A stretch of DNA of 64,000 nucleotides from positions 81,200-145,199 of the forward strand of contig JAJVIP010000011.1 of assembly GCA_022072025.1 (NCBI GenBank). The letters run 5' to 3'. Positions 1-9,392 of this stretch are shown here, in pieces. A program made the position numbers and the translations under genes. This stretch comes from Elusimicrobiota bacterium (GTDB lineage: Bacteria > Elusimicrobiota > Elusimicrobia > F11). Position 1 is the first letter of the stretch, and each line of letters begins with the position of its first letter. The notes below the pieces were generated by a model. That model worked only from the letters and a program-made list of their open reading frames with translations. It was not told the DNA's origin and did no database searches.

Positions 1-601
1 AGGGGTTCTCCACATCACAAAGAACATAAATTCTTGCGCGCCGTAACCGCGGGTCCAAACCTTGAAAATCCACACGGTCGAGTTTCTGCAAATCTTTGGG
101 TTTCGCCGATATGCTTCGTCCGGTATGACCATAATAACGCAGGCCCAAGGCCTGGAGGGCGCCAGCCCCTCCATCAGAACAAGCGGTCCCGCCCACCCCC
201 ATCAAAATCTCTTTGCAATCGTGATCCAACGCCGCTTTAATCAACTGTCCTGTGCCGTAACTTGTGGCTTCCATGATTCTGTTTTTTCCACGAATCAGAG
301 CCAATCCGGAGGCCCGCGCCATTTCTATGACAGCTCGCCGCGGACGACTTTTTGTTTCCTCAATCAAAGCCCAAGATGCTTTCACTTTTCGTCCCAAGGG
401 GCCTTCCACCCATGTGAATTTTTTTGTTCCATCCAAGGCATGGGTTAAAACATCCAAGGTTCCGTCACCCCCATCGGCCAAAGGTAAAAATATTAAGGTG
501 GCTTTCGGAAATTGTTCTCGAACCGACCGGCCCATCAGCCGAGCCGCTTGAGAAGGAGTCAACGTGCCCTTAAAGGCTGTGGGACTTAAAAGAATACGCA
601 A
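1..601 (-). CDS. glxK: Glycerate kinase, N-terminal ~200 aa; gene continues beyond the window start
   Basis: Manual reverse-strand translation from TTG at 601 gives MRILLSPTAFKGTLTPSQAARLMGRSVREQFPKATLIFLPLADGGDGTLDVLTHALDG... This matches the glycerate kinase N-terminus (APDSFKGSL and ADGGEGT motifs). Absent from the ORF track because it is truncated by the window edge. The upstream TAA at 605-607 delimits the start. Confidence 0.75.
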   Translation of the reverse strand, partial: MRILLSPTAFKGTLTPSQAARLMGRSVREQFPKATLIFLPLADGGDGTLDVLTHALDGTKKFTWVEGPLGRKVKASWALIEETKSRPRRAVIEMARASGLALIRGKNRIMEATSYGTGQLIKAALDHDCKEILMGVGGTACSDGGAGALQALGLRYYGHTGRSISAKPKDLQKLDRVDFQGLDPRLRRARIYVLCDVENP

Positions 602-604
602 GAG

Positions 605-1120
605 TTAAGCGGCCAAACGTTTCTTAAGAGACCGAGCTCCCACCGCCAAAATGGAATGACTGGCCAGCCATTCCTGGACTATGGCCTCCCATTGTTTCTG
701 GCAATAGACATGCCACCGATTGTTTTCTTCAATATGTTCTTTAAGAAGTTGTTTAAACCGTCGACACGATTCTCGACCTCTCAACGAACCCACAAGTTTC
801 TCCCGAAGTTTGGCGCCGCGAACCGTTTGGCAAAACTCCAGCATCCAACGGTGTTCGGGACGTCCAAACGCCTCGGGAATTCGAACATAGTCTTTGCTTC
901 CCAAGACAATGATTTCTCTTGCCAAGGGAATCAATGCCTGTTCCCAGCAGGGAACAGAATCATGCGCGTCTTCACTTCGCTCGGCGATCACGCGAATTAA
1001 AACCCGAGATAAACTTAAAACCCGGCCTGAATTTTTGTGGAAAAAATAGTCATTGGACTCACGGCATACATCCCGCATCGATTGAGCAACCATGTCATAA
1101 TCAACAGTGAGCGCTTTCAT
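605..1120 (-). CDS. Hypothetical protein (171 aa), co-oriented and overlapping with the upstream UDG gene
   Basis: ORF-track ORF. No family recognised by eye. Its 20-nt overlap with the UDG gene and immediate adjacency to glxK suggest an operon member. Confidence 0.5.
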   Translation of the reverse strand: MKALTVDYDMVAQSMRDVCRESNDYFFHKNSGRVLSLSRVLIRVIAERSEDAHDSVPCWEQALIPLAREIIVLGSKDYVRIPEAFGRPEHRWMLEFCQTVRGAKLREKLVGSLRGRESCRRFKQLLKEHIEENNRWHVYCQKQWEAIVQEWLASHSILAVGARSLKKRLAA

Positions 1121-1706
1121 GGGTTCTTTCCTCCTCTAGAAATAAGTGTGACTTCAAAATTTTCAGATGTTCAACTGTTTCGGGTATTTTTCGAGGATCT
1201 CTCAGCAAATAGGCTGGATGGTAAAGCAAGAAAAACTTGGCCTGTGGATATTTCGCTAAGTTAAAAAACCGACCCACCCGTTCTTTCATGCCCCGCCCTT
1301 TTTCCTCTGGCATCAAATGTTTGGCGGCAGTGGCCCCCAACAAAACCACCACCTGGGGCCGAACATGTTGGATTTGCCATTCCAGGTAAGGCCGACAATT
1401 GTCCGCCTCGTGGGAGGTTGGTGGACGATTGTTGGGCGGACGACACTTGACCACATTGACAATCAACATATCTCGATTGGTGTCGAGATCAATGGCCGCC
1501 ATGAGCTTATCGAGTAGTCCCCCCGCTCGTCCCACGAAAGCCTTTCCTAGAAAATCTTCTTTTTCACCGGGGGCTTCCCCAATGATCATTAATTTCGCGT
1601 CGGAGTTACCTCGGTCGACAACGATGTGTTGACGATCCCGGCACAAGTCAGGGCATTTGGCGCACTGAGATTCCATGAGTCGATTTTTAAATTCAACGTA
1701 GTCCAT
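1101..1706 (-). CDS. Uracil-DNA glycosylase, family 4 (Fe-S cluster type)
   Basis: N-terminal Cys cluster CAKCPDLC. Motif A is GEAPGEKEDFLGKAFVGRAGGLL. Motif B is HPAYLLRDP near the C-terminus. Length 201 aa is typical. Confidence 0.85.
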   Translation of the reverse strand: MDYVEFKNRLMESQCAKCPDLCRDRQHIVVDRGNSDAKLMIIGEAPGEKEDFLGKAFVGRAGGLLDKLMAAIDLDTNRDMLIVNVVKCRPPNNRPPTSHEADNCRPYLEWQIQHVRPQVVVLLGATAAKHLMPEEKGRGMKERVGRFFNLAKYPQAKFFLLYHPAYLLRDPRKIPETVEHLKILKSHLFLEEERTHESAHC

Positions 1707-2574
1707 GACACAACTTTTGAAAATTGCACCGCTGACAGGTTAGAGAGGAATTGGGAAACGGCAGAGAAAAGGGATCGGATGGGAAATTTCTTTTGGTCTC
1801 TTCGAGCAGCGTGGATTCTTCTTCTATTTTAAGATGGGTGTTGATGAGGGCATCTTCATTGACGGTTGCATGAAAGGTCTGCCCTGTGAGCATGGACACG
1901 GCACATGCATTAATTTGTTCAGGCTCGGCCCCCCACACCTCATGGGCATAAAGTGCGGCCACCAGCAGCGAGGGTTCCGCCTCTGTGATGGAATTCGAGG
2001 TTTTCCAATCAATCAAGAAAAATTTGCCTTCTGTTTCTATGGCACAGTCAATTTTCACATAGGCCTTTATTCCATTCACATCAAATTCCAATAGCTCATC
2101 GACCACTTTCCAACATTCAGGCCCCAGTCCCGACAAACGTTTCAACCAATTGGATTGCGTAAACCAACGAAGGCTCTTCTCCACTGTATCCCAATGCCCG
2201 CGCCAAACTTCAGGTGCGATTTTCATTTCATATTCATGCTCTCTCAGGCGGCCCTCGGCCCCCTGCCCCTCACGAGAAGCCTTATACTGAACTCTCATCT
2301 TGTCTTTCAGGTTTTCAATAAGCCCTTCCGTTGAAGGAAGAGCGTTCCCCTGACGAAGGGTTTTAAGCAGTTCTCCCACCGCTTCGTGAATAAAGGACCC
2401 TGTCCACAAATGGCGGTTCTTTAGTTTTTTAAGAGCGGCGGCCTGTCCATAAACGGGGTCCACGCTCGCGTCGCGGGTCGCTTTCATGTGAAGAGCCAAC
2501 TTGCGAGAACATTCTTTGAGCATGTCCACTTGGGACCTGGACCACAGGGGCCGATCGGCCAATTCAACACTCAT
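1693..2574 (-). CDS. PD-(D/E)XK superfamily nuclease (Cas4/RecB-like fold) with C-terminal Cys cluster
   Basis: IDCAIE...FLIDWKTS resembles the D-EXK catalytic motif. The C-terminal CQRCNFQKLC plus earlier Cys residues resemble the Cas4/AddB Fe-S module. Overlaps UDG by 14 nt and the HK gene by 4 nt. Confidence 0.55.
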   Translation of the reverse strand: MSVELADRPLWSRSQVDMLKECSRKLALHMKATRDASVDPVYGQAAALKKLKNRHLWTGSFIHEAVGELLKTLRQGNALPSTEGLIENLKDKMRVQYKASREGQGAEGRLREHEYEMKIAPEVWRGHWDTVEKSLRWFTQSNWLKRLSGLGPECWKVVDELLEFDVNGIKAYVKIDCAIETEGKFFLIDWKTSNSITEAEPSLLVAALYAHEVWGAEPEQINACAVSMLTGQTFHATVNEDALINTHLKIEEESTLLEETKRNFPSDPFSLPFPNSSLTCQRCNFQKLCHGLR

Positions 2575-4880
2575 GGTTTTTTTCTCACGCGAATCGGGTA
2601 GAGGTCCAAAGCTGAATCACGCCATTGGCCGCGACGGTTGTCATGGGCCTCTTTTTCAGCGGCAATAAGGTCAGGGAGATAGCTTTCTTCATTGGGCAAA
2701 GTGGACACCAAAGCCAGCCCTTGTTTCACCAGTTCTTGGTTCACAAAAATTCCATCCACGAACACATAGGCCAACCACACCCCATCTATGTCCCGCTCTT
2801 GAAGGCCATATTTAAATTGAACTTCTTTTTTTTCAACCCAAGCGCGATTGGCGGACATCGCCTCAATGGCATGAAGGCTTCCTTTTTTGGGGACAATGAC
2901 GCCCAAATAACGAACCCGGGTCCCATCCTCCAGCTGAATCAAATTGGAATCTAGAACCCGCCGCACCGTGCCCCAATAAGGACGCGCCAACAACGGCGAC
3001 AATACCGCCAGGGAAACAAAAATGAACGCTGAAAAACCTCGAAAAATTTTCTTCCAGAAACCAGGGCGGCTTTGGTGAGGTTGAGCCGGGGAAGGCGCCG
3101 ACGCGGGAAGAGGTTGAGGAACAACAACAGAATTCGCCGAACGCTGAACACAGGGAACCGTAAATGAAAACAAACTGCCCGTTCCGCTCGTTGGGGGCGG
3201 ACTATGTACCCATAACTTTCCTTTGTGTAAATCCACCAAGGCCTGACAAATACTGAGACCGAGGCCTGTTCCGCGAATATCTAATTTTTCATTTGGTTTG
3301 AGTTGCACAAACCGATCAAAAATTCGTTTTTGGTCTTCCTTGGATATTCCGGGTCCCGTGTCTTCAACTTCAACAACGATCATGTTTTTCCCGGACTCTT
3401 CATACCGTTTGGCTCTCACCATTACTTTTCCCCCTGAAGGCGTAAACTTAATGGCATTTGAAATGAGATTGTTGACCACTTGCAGAATGCGATCCGAATC
3501 AACAAAAGCGGGAGGGATTTCTTCAATTTGTTGATACTCCACGTGAATTCCCCGGCCCTTGGACCATGTTTCCATGCTCACGGTGGCTTCCTTAAGAAGT
3601 GGTTCGAGCTCCACAACCTGGGGGCGAATGTCCATTTTCCCTGATTCCATTTTTGAAAAATCCAATAAATCATCAATAAGACGTGACAACCGGTCTACAT
3701 TTCTAACCGCCATGGAAAGCATTTTCTTTTGATCTTGAGTGACAGGACCAGCCGATTCTTCGAGAATGGCATTGACGGATAATTTCAATGCATGCACCGG
3801 CGCTCGCAGGTCATGAGTGACGTTCGCCATAAATTCATTTTGTAAACGTGTCAGCTCTTTTTGTTTCGTCACATCCGATAACACCGACACCATTCCTATG
3901 ATGCGGCCATTGGTATCTTGAACTGTGGCAGAACTGGCGCGAAGAGTTTTTTTGGCTTCTTGAGAGCCTAAAACTTGAACTTCTCGGGTGAGAGGGCGAT
4001 CGGTGGGGACGGTAAGATCCTTGGCCAGGGCCACCATTTGTTCCTCCCGAATGCCCTCCCACAAAGGCCGGCCCACACTTTCCCCCAATTTAACGCCATA
4101 AATCGATTCCGCCGCGGAGTTCATAAGCAACACTTTGCCTGTTTCGTCCACCACCACGACGCCTTCGGCGGTTTCTCCTATAACACTCTCGGTGCGGATC
4201 TGCTCATTGGTCAGGCGGGTTTTTTCCTGATTAAATTCCACCACCACTTTTTCAACCGCTCGATCAATTTGGTCTTTGACAAGATCCAAGGCGCGAGACA
4301 ACAATCGCCCCCGATCCGCCGGATCCAGAACAGATTTTTCGATTAATTTCTTGAGAAGATCCTGTAGGGGAAGGGTTTCAAAATCCTTTAAGCCTCCTTC
4401 TGCTCCCAGACCTCCAAGCGCGCCCATATCTTCTTTTTTCGTAACAGCATCGTCTTCGCCAATTTTGGCGTAACGGGCCTCGTTTAGTTTGATATGGGTT
4501 ACTTGCTGGGAGTCCAAAAACTCCGCCGCTTTAAGATTTGTTCGACGCATATCAGACGCGGAGGCCAACCGGAAGAAAGGAATCATTTCCGAGAGCGGAA
4601 TACCGCGAAGGAACGTGAGGGAATGGAGATTGTGAACTGTCAACAATTGCAAGAAGGGACGAAGTGACACATCGGGAGCATCGGTGGGTTTTTTTCCATT
4701 AACGATTAGTTTGGATTCATTGTTGGCCACCACCAGTTCTGAATCTTGGGCGAGCAATACCCCCAAAAGTCGATGAGATTCTTCAACCGCCCCTTTAACG
4801 GAAGGATGGTCAGGAGAATAGAGGGTCATTTGAGCCAACGTACGGCCTGTGGTTAAGAGAAATTCAGATAAATCGCTCAC
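2571..4880 (-). CDS. Sensor histidine kinase (PAS-HisKA-HATPase_c) fused via a C-terminal TM helix to a thermonuclease (SNase)-like domain
   Basis: H-box NEFMANVTHDLRAPV. ATPase N/G boxes NLISNAIKFT, VEDTGPGI and GTGLGLSI. A low-complexity Pro/Ala linker follows, then the TM helix FSAFIFVSLAVLSPLLA. The SNase-like tail is GTVRRVLDSNLIQLEDGTRVRYLGVIVP...VWLAYVFVDGIFVNQELVKQGLALV. No response regulator gene is adjacent. Confidence 0.8.
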   Translation of the reverse strand: MSDLSEFLLTTGRTLAQMTLYSPDHPSVKGAVEESHRLLGVLLAQDSELVVANNESKLIVNGKKPTDAPDVSLRPFLQLLTVHNLHSLTFLRGIPLSEMIPFFRLASASDMRRTNLKAAEFLDSQQVTHIKLNEARYAKIGEDDAVTKKEDMGALGGLGAEGGLKDFETLPLQDLLKKLIEKSVLDPADRGRLLSRALDLVKDQIDRAVEKVVVEFNQEKTRLTNEQIRTESVIGETAEGVVVVDETGKVLLMNSAAESIYGVKLGESVGRPLWEGIREEQMVALAKDLTVPTDRPLTREVQVLGSQEAKKTLRASSATVQDTNGRIIGMVSVLSDVTKQKELTRLQNEFMANVTHDLRAPVHALKLSVNAILEESAGPVTQDQKKMLSMAVRNVDRLSRLIDDLLDFSKMESGKMDIRPQVVELEPLLKEATVSMETWSKGRGIHVEYQQIEEIPPAFVDSDRILQVVNNLISNAIKFTPSGGKVMVRAKRYEESGKNMIVVEVEDTGPGISKEDQKRIFDRFVQLKPNEKLDIRGTGLGLSICQALVDLHKGKLWVHSPPPTSGTGSLFSFTVPCVQRSANSVVVPQPLPASAPSPAQPHQSRPGFWKKIFRGFSAFIFVSLAVLSPLLARPYWGTVRRVLDSNLIQLEDGTRVRYLGVIVPKKGSLHAIEAMSANRAWVEKKEVQFKYGLQERDIDGVWLAYVFVDGIFVNQELVKQGLALVSTLPNEESYLPDLIAAEKEAHDNRRGQWRDSALDLYPIRVRKKP

Positions 4881-5551
4881 AACAAATCCTCGCCTTGGGT
4901 CAGATCACGGAAAAGATAATCGGGCGCTCCGGTTTCCAATTGTTCGAGAGATACCTGTCCAGTGGCCACCGCAACGGATTTGAACCTGGCCCGTTTGGCG
5001 GCCGAAACATCCAACAGGGTATCGCCAATAATAAAAACATCCTCATCTTTGATTTGTTGTTGGGTCCTTTCTTGCGCACGTTTGTGACCCCATCGCAAAA
5101 CCTCGGCTCGATCTTCCGCATCAGACCCAAAACCGCCAAATGGGAAGAACGAATTGAGCCGTGTGGATCCCAACTTAAGGCGAGCGCCCTTTTCTAAATT
5201 TCCCGTTCCCAAACCGGCCACAATGTCACTGCGAGAAGCGACCTTCTCAATAAAATATTCCACTCCTTTTAACACACGGGTTTGAGCTTGTTTCATTTCT
5301 GTTTCCAAGTGGGCAAGATAGGTTTGTGCGATGGATTCAATTTCTTCTTGGGAAGCATCGCGTTCAAAAAAAAATTTAACGATTTCTCGAAAAATGGCGG
5401 GGTCTGTTTTTCCACTGGGGTTAATTCGAGTATCGGCATTTGAGAGCCCATAGAGTTCTTGAAAAGCTTTGCTTAGTGCCCGCAGGCCCGCCCCACCTGT
5501 GGAGACAAGTGTCCCATCCAAATCGAAAAGAAATAGGCGTAAAGAAGTCAT
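4877..5551 (-). CDS. HAD-superfamily hydrolase (phosphoglycolate phosphatase-like)
   Basis: N-terminal FLFDLDGTLV motif I. HAD-like downstream motifs. 224 aa. Confidence 0.85.
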   Translation of the reverse strand: MTSLRLFLFDLDGTLVSTGGAGLRALSKAFQELYGLSNADTRINPSGKTDPAIFREIVKFFFERDASQEEIESIAQTYLAHLETEMKQAQTRVLKGVEYFIEKVASRSDIVAGLGTGNLEKGARLKLGSTRLNSFFPFGGFGSDAEDRAEVLRWGHKRAQERTQQQIKDEDVFIIGDTLLDVSAAKRARFKSVAVATGQVSLEQLETGAPDYLFRDLTQGEDLL

Positions 5552-5570
5552 GGTCTCGACGAGGATCTTA

Positions 5571-7037
5571 TCATTTCGGAACGGTTTTCAATTTTTCCTC
5601 CCATTGGCACGCCAACTCAAAATCCCCCCTTTTTAAACTTTGATCGATAAGAATTTTCAAAACGGATCGGGCCAGAGGTACGGTTGGTCGGTTCCGTAAT
5701 GCGGTCACATAGGCTTCCTGGGCTTGCCCCCATCGCCCTTGTTGCTGTAGGGCCCCTGCATAGGAGGCCCAAGCAAATGCATTCTGGGGATCTTCTTGAA
5801 CAGACGCAAGCCAAAGCATTTCATCACTTCGCCAGTCTTTCGAGCGTGAAAATGTCAAACCCGCCAATATGAGAAGGACCAAACATCCCAACCATTTCAA
5901 GGTGGAGTGTTTTCCCAACAAAGAAAATCCCAAAGCCACACCGATCATGGGAAGATATAAGAACCGGTCAGCCGCAAAAGTGACCAGGGGAACAAATCCA
6001 CTGTGCGGGGCCCAAAAAACAAGAAATATGATGGATATCAATGATTTTGAATACCATTTCTTTGATTGTCCAAGAACCGGCATCAATAACAATAGGAAGA
6101 TGACCCCCCCGAACCAAAGTCCCATGGTTCCAAATCCAAGAGATTCGGGGGCTTGCACACTGACATTCAGAGAAACCGGCCAAAGAAGGGATTGAGCATA
6201 ATGAGCCAAAGCCACCAACCCGTCTCCCATTGAAACGAACCAAGACTCACTGCGATTCACAGGCTGAGCCCAATGCCCCAAAACCTGACGCCGGATAACC
6301 ATATAGATGAAACCCAGGGCAAACAATGGAACGATTTTCATTCCTTGCCTTGAAGAATTCGTATTTCGACCAATAAAATAAAGAATAACAGGCAGGCCGA
6401 GCGCGGTTTCTTTGGAAAAAAGGGCAATGAGATAACAAAGAAGGGCGCCCATATAATAAAAGGTGCCCTTGTTGGGATTCTTCAGGAATCTGTCCCATAG
6501 AACCAGCGTGCCCAAACATCCCGTGGCGCACATAAGAATAGACCGTTGTGATATCCATACCACACTTTCTACCTGGACAGGATGAAGAAGAAACAATCCC
6601 GTTCCCAAAAAAGCTCCCCACCATTGGCTGCGTTTGGAAAGGAAAACCCAAAGAAGAGTGCCATTCATGAAATGAAGAATGAGATTTACAACGCGAAAAC
6701 AGGCCGGGGTCAGACCACAAAGAACCTTGTTGATAGCAAACGTCAATGTGCTTAATGGACGATAAACATCCATTGGAATCCCACTGGCAGGGGCGGCACT
6801 GGTCAAGGCATCAGAAAAAAATCGTCCCAAGGGGAAGATATGATCCAAAGCAGGATTTTTAACGATGAACCACCAATCGTCATAAACAAAGGAATACCCC
6901 AACGAAGGGAGGTAAACCATCGCGGCCAAAAGGAAGAGAACCCACTTGGCTTTTGCTTCAACATTCATATGCAAAAATTTCAATCTCATAAACAACATCC
7001 AGTAATTATAATGACATAGATGACCACACTCACCCAA
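5571..7037 (-). CDS. Multi-pass membrane protein with C-terminal TPR repeats (TMTC-like putative O-mannosyltransferase, DUF1736-type)
   Basis: N-terminal region YSFVYDDWWFIVKNP is typical of TMTC/PMT-like GT-C proteins. About 11 hydrophobic helices. C-terminal TPR-like AWASYAGALQQQGRWGQAQEAYVTAL. The true start may be 6989 (MRLKF) or 6968 (MNVEAK) rather than 7037. Confidence 0.6.
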   Translation of the reverse strand: MGECGHLCHYNYWMLFMRLKFLHMNVEAKAKWVLFLLAAMVYLPSLGYSFVYDDWWFIVKNPALDHIFPLGRFFSDALTSAAPASGIPMDVYRPLSTLTFAINKVLCGLTPACFRVVNLILHFMNGTLLWVFLSKRSQWWGAFLGTGLFLLHPVQVESVVWISQRSILMCATGCLGTLVLWDRFLKNPNKGTFYYMGALLCYLIALFSKETALGLPVILYFIGRNTNSSRQGMKIVPLFALGFIYMVIRRQVLGHWAQPVNRSESWFVSMGDGLVALAHYAQSLLWPVSLNVSVQAPESLGFGTMGLWFGGVIFLLLLMPVLGQSKKWYSKSLISIIFLVFWAPHSGFVPLVTFAADRFLYLPMIGVALGFSLLGKHSTLKWLGCLVLLILAGLTFSRSKDWRSDEMLWLASVQEDPQNAFAWASYAGALQQQGRWGQAQEAYVTALRNRPTVPLARSVLKILIDQSLKRGDFELACQWEEKLKTVPK

Positions 7038-9392
7038 CCAAAAACCTGGATTGTTCTTCCCGTTTATTGGGATACCGAGTCATTTCTGGAGCTTCGAAAA
7101 AAAATACCCGTGTCCGCTTCCTACCTACTCATTGATGATTCCGCGGGTGAAGATTCGGCCATATCAAAATTAGAAAATGATCCCACGCTGCGTATTCTCA
7201 AATGTCCCCGCAACATGGGTCATCAAAAAGCCCTGGTGTATGGTCTGCGAACTTTGGTTCCCGAATTGGGAGACAATGACATCATCTTAACCATGGACAG
7301 CGATGGCGAGGATAAACCTGAGGATGTTCCTTTGCTTCAGAAGAGGCTGATCGACAACCCAGATAAAATTATTTTGGCTTACCGAACCAAACGAAACGAA
7401 TCCCTACCGTTCAAGATTCTCTACTTTTTCTTTAAGATTTTATTTCGTCTTGCCACAGGCCGTATCATACGTTCAGGAAATTTTGCGGGATTTCGAAGCG
7501 GCTTCATCAAACAATTCTTGGGCCATCCATTCTTTGACCTTTGCTACTCCTCGACACTGTTAAACCTCGGTGTCCCCATTGAATATATTCCGTGCGAAAG
7601 GGGCAGGAGATATCAGGGTTCCTCTCATATGAGTTATCTCAAACTCATTAAACATGGATTTTCAATGATGCTTCCCTTTCGAACTAAAATATATAAAAGG
7701 CTTCGCTTCGCGTTGTTCACCTTATTGGGAATTTTGGTGGGATCGGCCATTTTTTCCCAATCCAACACCTATGATGAACCCTGTTTCATTACGGCGGGAG
7801 TGACTCATGTGGCCACGGGGAAAATCGAATTGGAGACAGTCTATCATCCTCCCCTCCAAAAATATTTGATGGGCCTAGCGGTTTTATCGGCCTTTCCATC
7901 TTTTCCAATGGGGCTTCATCATCTTAGAGAAATAGATCCATTCTTATACGGCCATAGGTTTTTCTATGAAAACCGAATTAAACCGGAATTTCTTTTAGCT
8001 TTGGGCCGCTTACCCACGTTATTTCTATCTCTGCTACTGGCCGGATTATTATTTGCCTGGGCCCAACGTTGGTTCGGAGAAGGGGGCGCCTTGTTGGCTT
8101 TAACCGCTTATATTTTGGAGCCAAATATTCTCGCCCATTCGAGTATCGCTTCTATGGACATCGGGGTCACCGCATTTATGTTTGCGGCCTGTTACTTTTC
8201 GCTAAAGTGGCACGAAGAAAAAAGAAGGCATGATATTTACCTCGCAGGCGCTTTCGCAGGGTTTGCCATGGCCACAAAACTTTCCGGGGCATTCGTTTTT
8301 TTTTGGATTGCGATTCTTCTTTTAACTCTCCCTCTTTTTGACAACGAAAAAAGGTTTGTATTAAAGAAACCTGTTTTTTATTGGACCTTCAGCAAGACTT
8401 TGGTCGCGGTTTTATTTTGCGCTATCGCAATGATTGTTTTGATTTATCAAGTCCGCTATGCGGGAATGTTTTTGGATCTTTTGAAAGGAATGGTGGAAGT
8501 GGTTTTTGGGGACCATCCCACCCAGAGATATCCAAATTTTTTCCATGGCCAGAATAAATGGGGCGGGTGGTGGTATTACTTTCCAATCGCATTTCTTATT
8601 AAAACAACTCTGCCTTGGTTGATCTTACTGGGTTTATCCCTGGCGGTGGTGCCTTGGAAAAAAAAGGGGCCATTGCTTCTATTGTGCGGATCTTTCTTGT
8701 TGGTATGTTCCATTTCCGACAAACACAACGGCCTTCGATATTTTTTACCAGCGTTCCCATTCTTTTGTCTTTTAATCGGAGGGTTGGCGCCTGCTCTCGG
8801 GGCAAAACGCTGGGCCCGTTGGTTCATAAGTGGAATGTTGATGTGGATGGGAATCGAAGTGGGATGCTTGTTCCCCAATTGGTTGACTTATTTTAATCAG
8901 ACGGTCGGTGGGCCGTCACAAGGATACAAATGGTTGGTGGATTGCAACCTTGATTGGGGCCAAAATATGCCACAACTGCGAAGTTATTTAAAGAATCATG
9001 GAAATCCAGAAGTGATTGTGGCCTGTTTTGGAACAGTTAACCATGAATATTATCTGGGACCTCATCAAACATTGATTTTCGATCACAACACAACCAATGG
9101 CCGAACAAAACACATCAACTCTCAATCACCAGAAAGAGAATGGTTGATTGTCAGCGCCACACTTCTTCAAGGTTTTGGTCTGTCAGATCCCAAAGTTTTT
9201 TCTTGGTTGCAACAGAAAACTCCCTTAGCTCAAGTGGCCAACAGTATTTTCATTTATGATGTGACCCATGACGCGGAAAGCCAATTCAAAATTGGCGAAA
9301 TCTATCACCGCAATGGGCAAAGCGCTTATGCCGATCGGCAATTGCAACGCGCCAAAGACATTATTTCCCAATACAAAACTGCCGGAAAATAG
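7020..9392 (+). CDS. Fusion protein: N-terminal GT2 polyprenyl-phosphate sugar synthase (Dpm1/ArnC-like) plus C-terminal GT-C PMT/ArnT-like glycosyltransferase
   Basis: N-terminus VLPVYWD...DSDGEDKPEDV (GT2 DXD region). The remaining ~550 aa are polytopic with PMT/ArnT-like loops. The 5' end overlaps the divergent TMTC-like gene. Confidence 0.7.
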   Translation: MTTLTQPKTWIVLPVYWDTESFLELRKKIPVSASYLLIDDSAGEDSAISKLENDPTLRILKCPRNMGHQKALVYGLRTLVPELGDNDIILTMDSDGEDKPEDVPLLQKRLIDNPDKIILAYRTKRNESLPFKILYFFFKILFRLATGRIIRSGNFAGFRSGFIKQFLGHPFFDLCYSSTLLNLGVPIEYIPCERGRRYQGSSHMSYLKLIKHGFSMMLPFRTKIYKRLRFALFTLLGILVGSAIFSQSNTYDEPCFITAGVTHVATGKIELETVYHPPLQKYLMGLAVLSAFPSFPMGLHHLREIDPFLYGHRFFYENRIKPEFLLALGRLPTLFLSLLLAGLLFAWAQRWFGEGGALLALTAYILEPNILAHSSIASMDIGVTAFMFAACYFSLKWHEEKRRHDIYLAGAFAGFAMATKLSGAFVFFWIAILLLTLPLFDNEKRFVLKKPVFYWTFSKTLVAVLFCAIAMIVLIYQVRYAGMFLDLLKGMVEVVFGDHPTQRYPNFFHGQNKWGGWWYYFPIAFLIKTTLPWLILLGLSLAVVPWKKKGPLLLLCGSFLLVCSISDKHNGLRYFLPAFPFFCLLIGGLAPALGAKRWARWFISGMLMWMGIEVGCLFPNWLTYFNQTVGGPSQGYKWLVDCNLDWGQNMPQLRSYLKNHGNPEVIVACFGTVNHEYYLGPHQTLIFDHNTTNGRTKHINSQSPEREWLIVSATLLQGFGLSDPKVFSWLQQKTPLAQVANSIFIYDVTHDAESQFKIGEIYHRNGQSAYADRQLQRAKDIISQYKTAGK

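Noticed and set aside
34-551. Three plus-strand ORFs (34-240, 62-448, 264-551) at the window start
   Set aside because: They lie antisense to a convincingly conserved glycerate kinase N-terminal region on the minus strand. Their translations are low-complexity.
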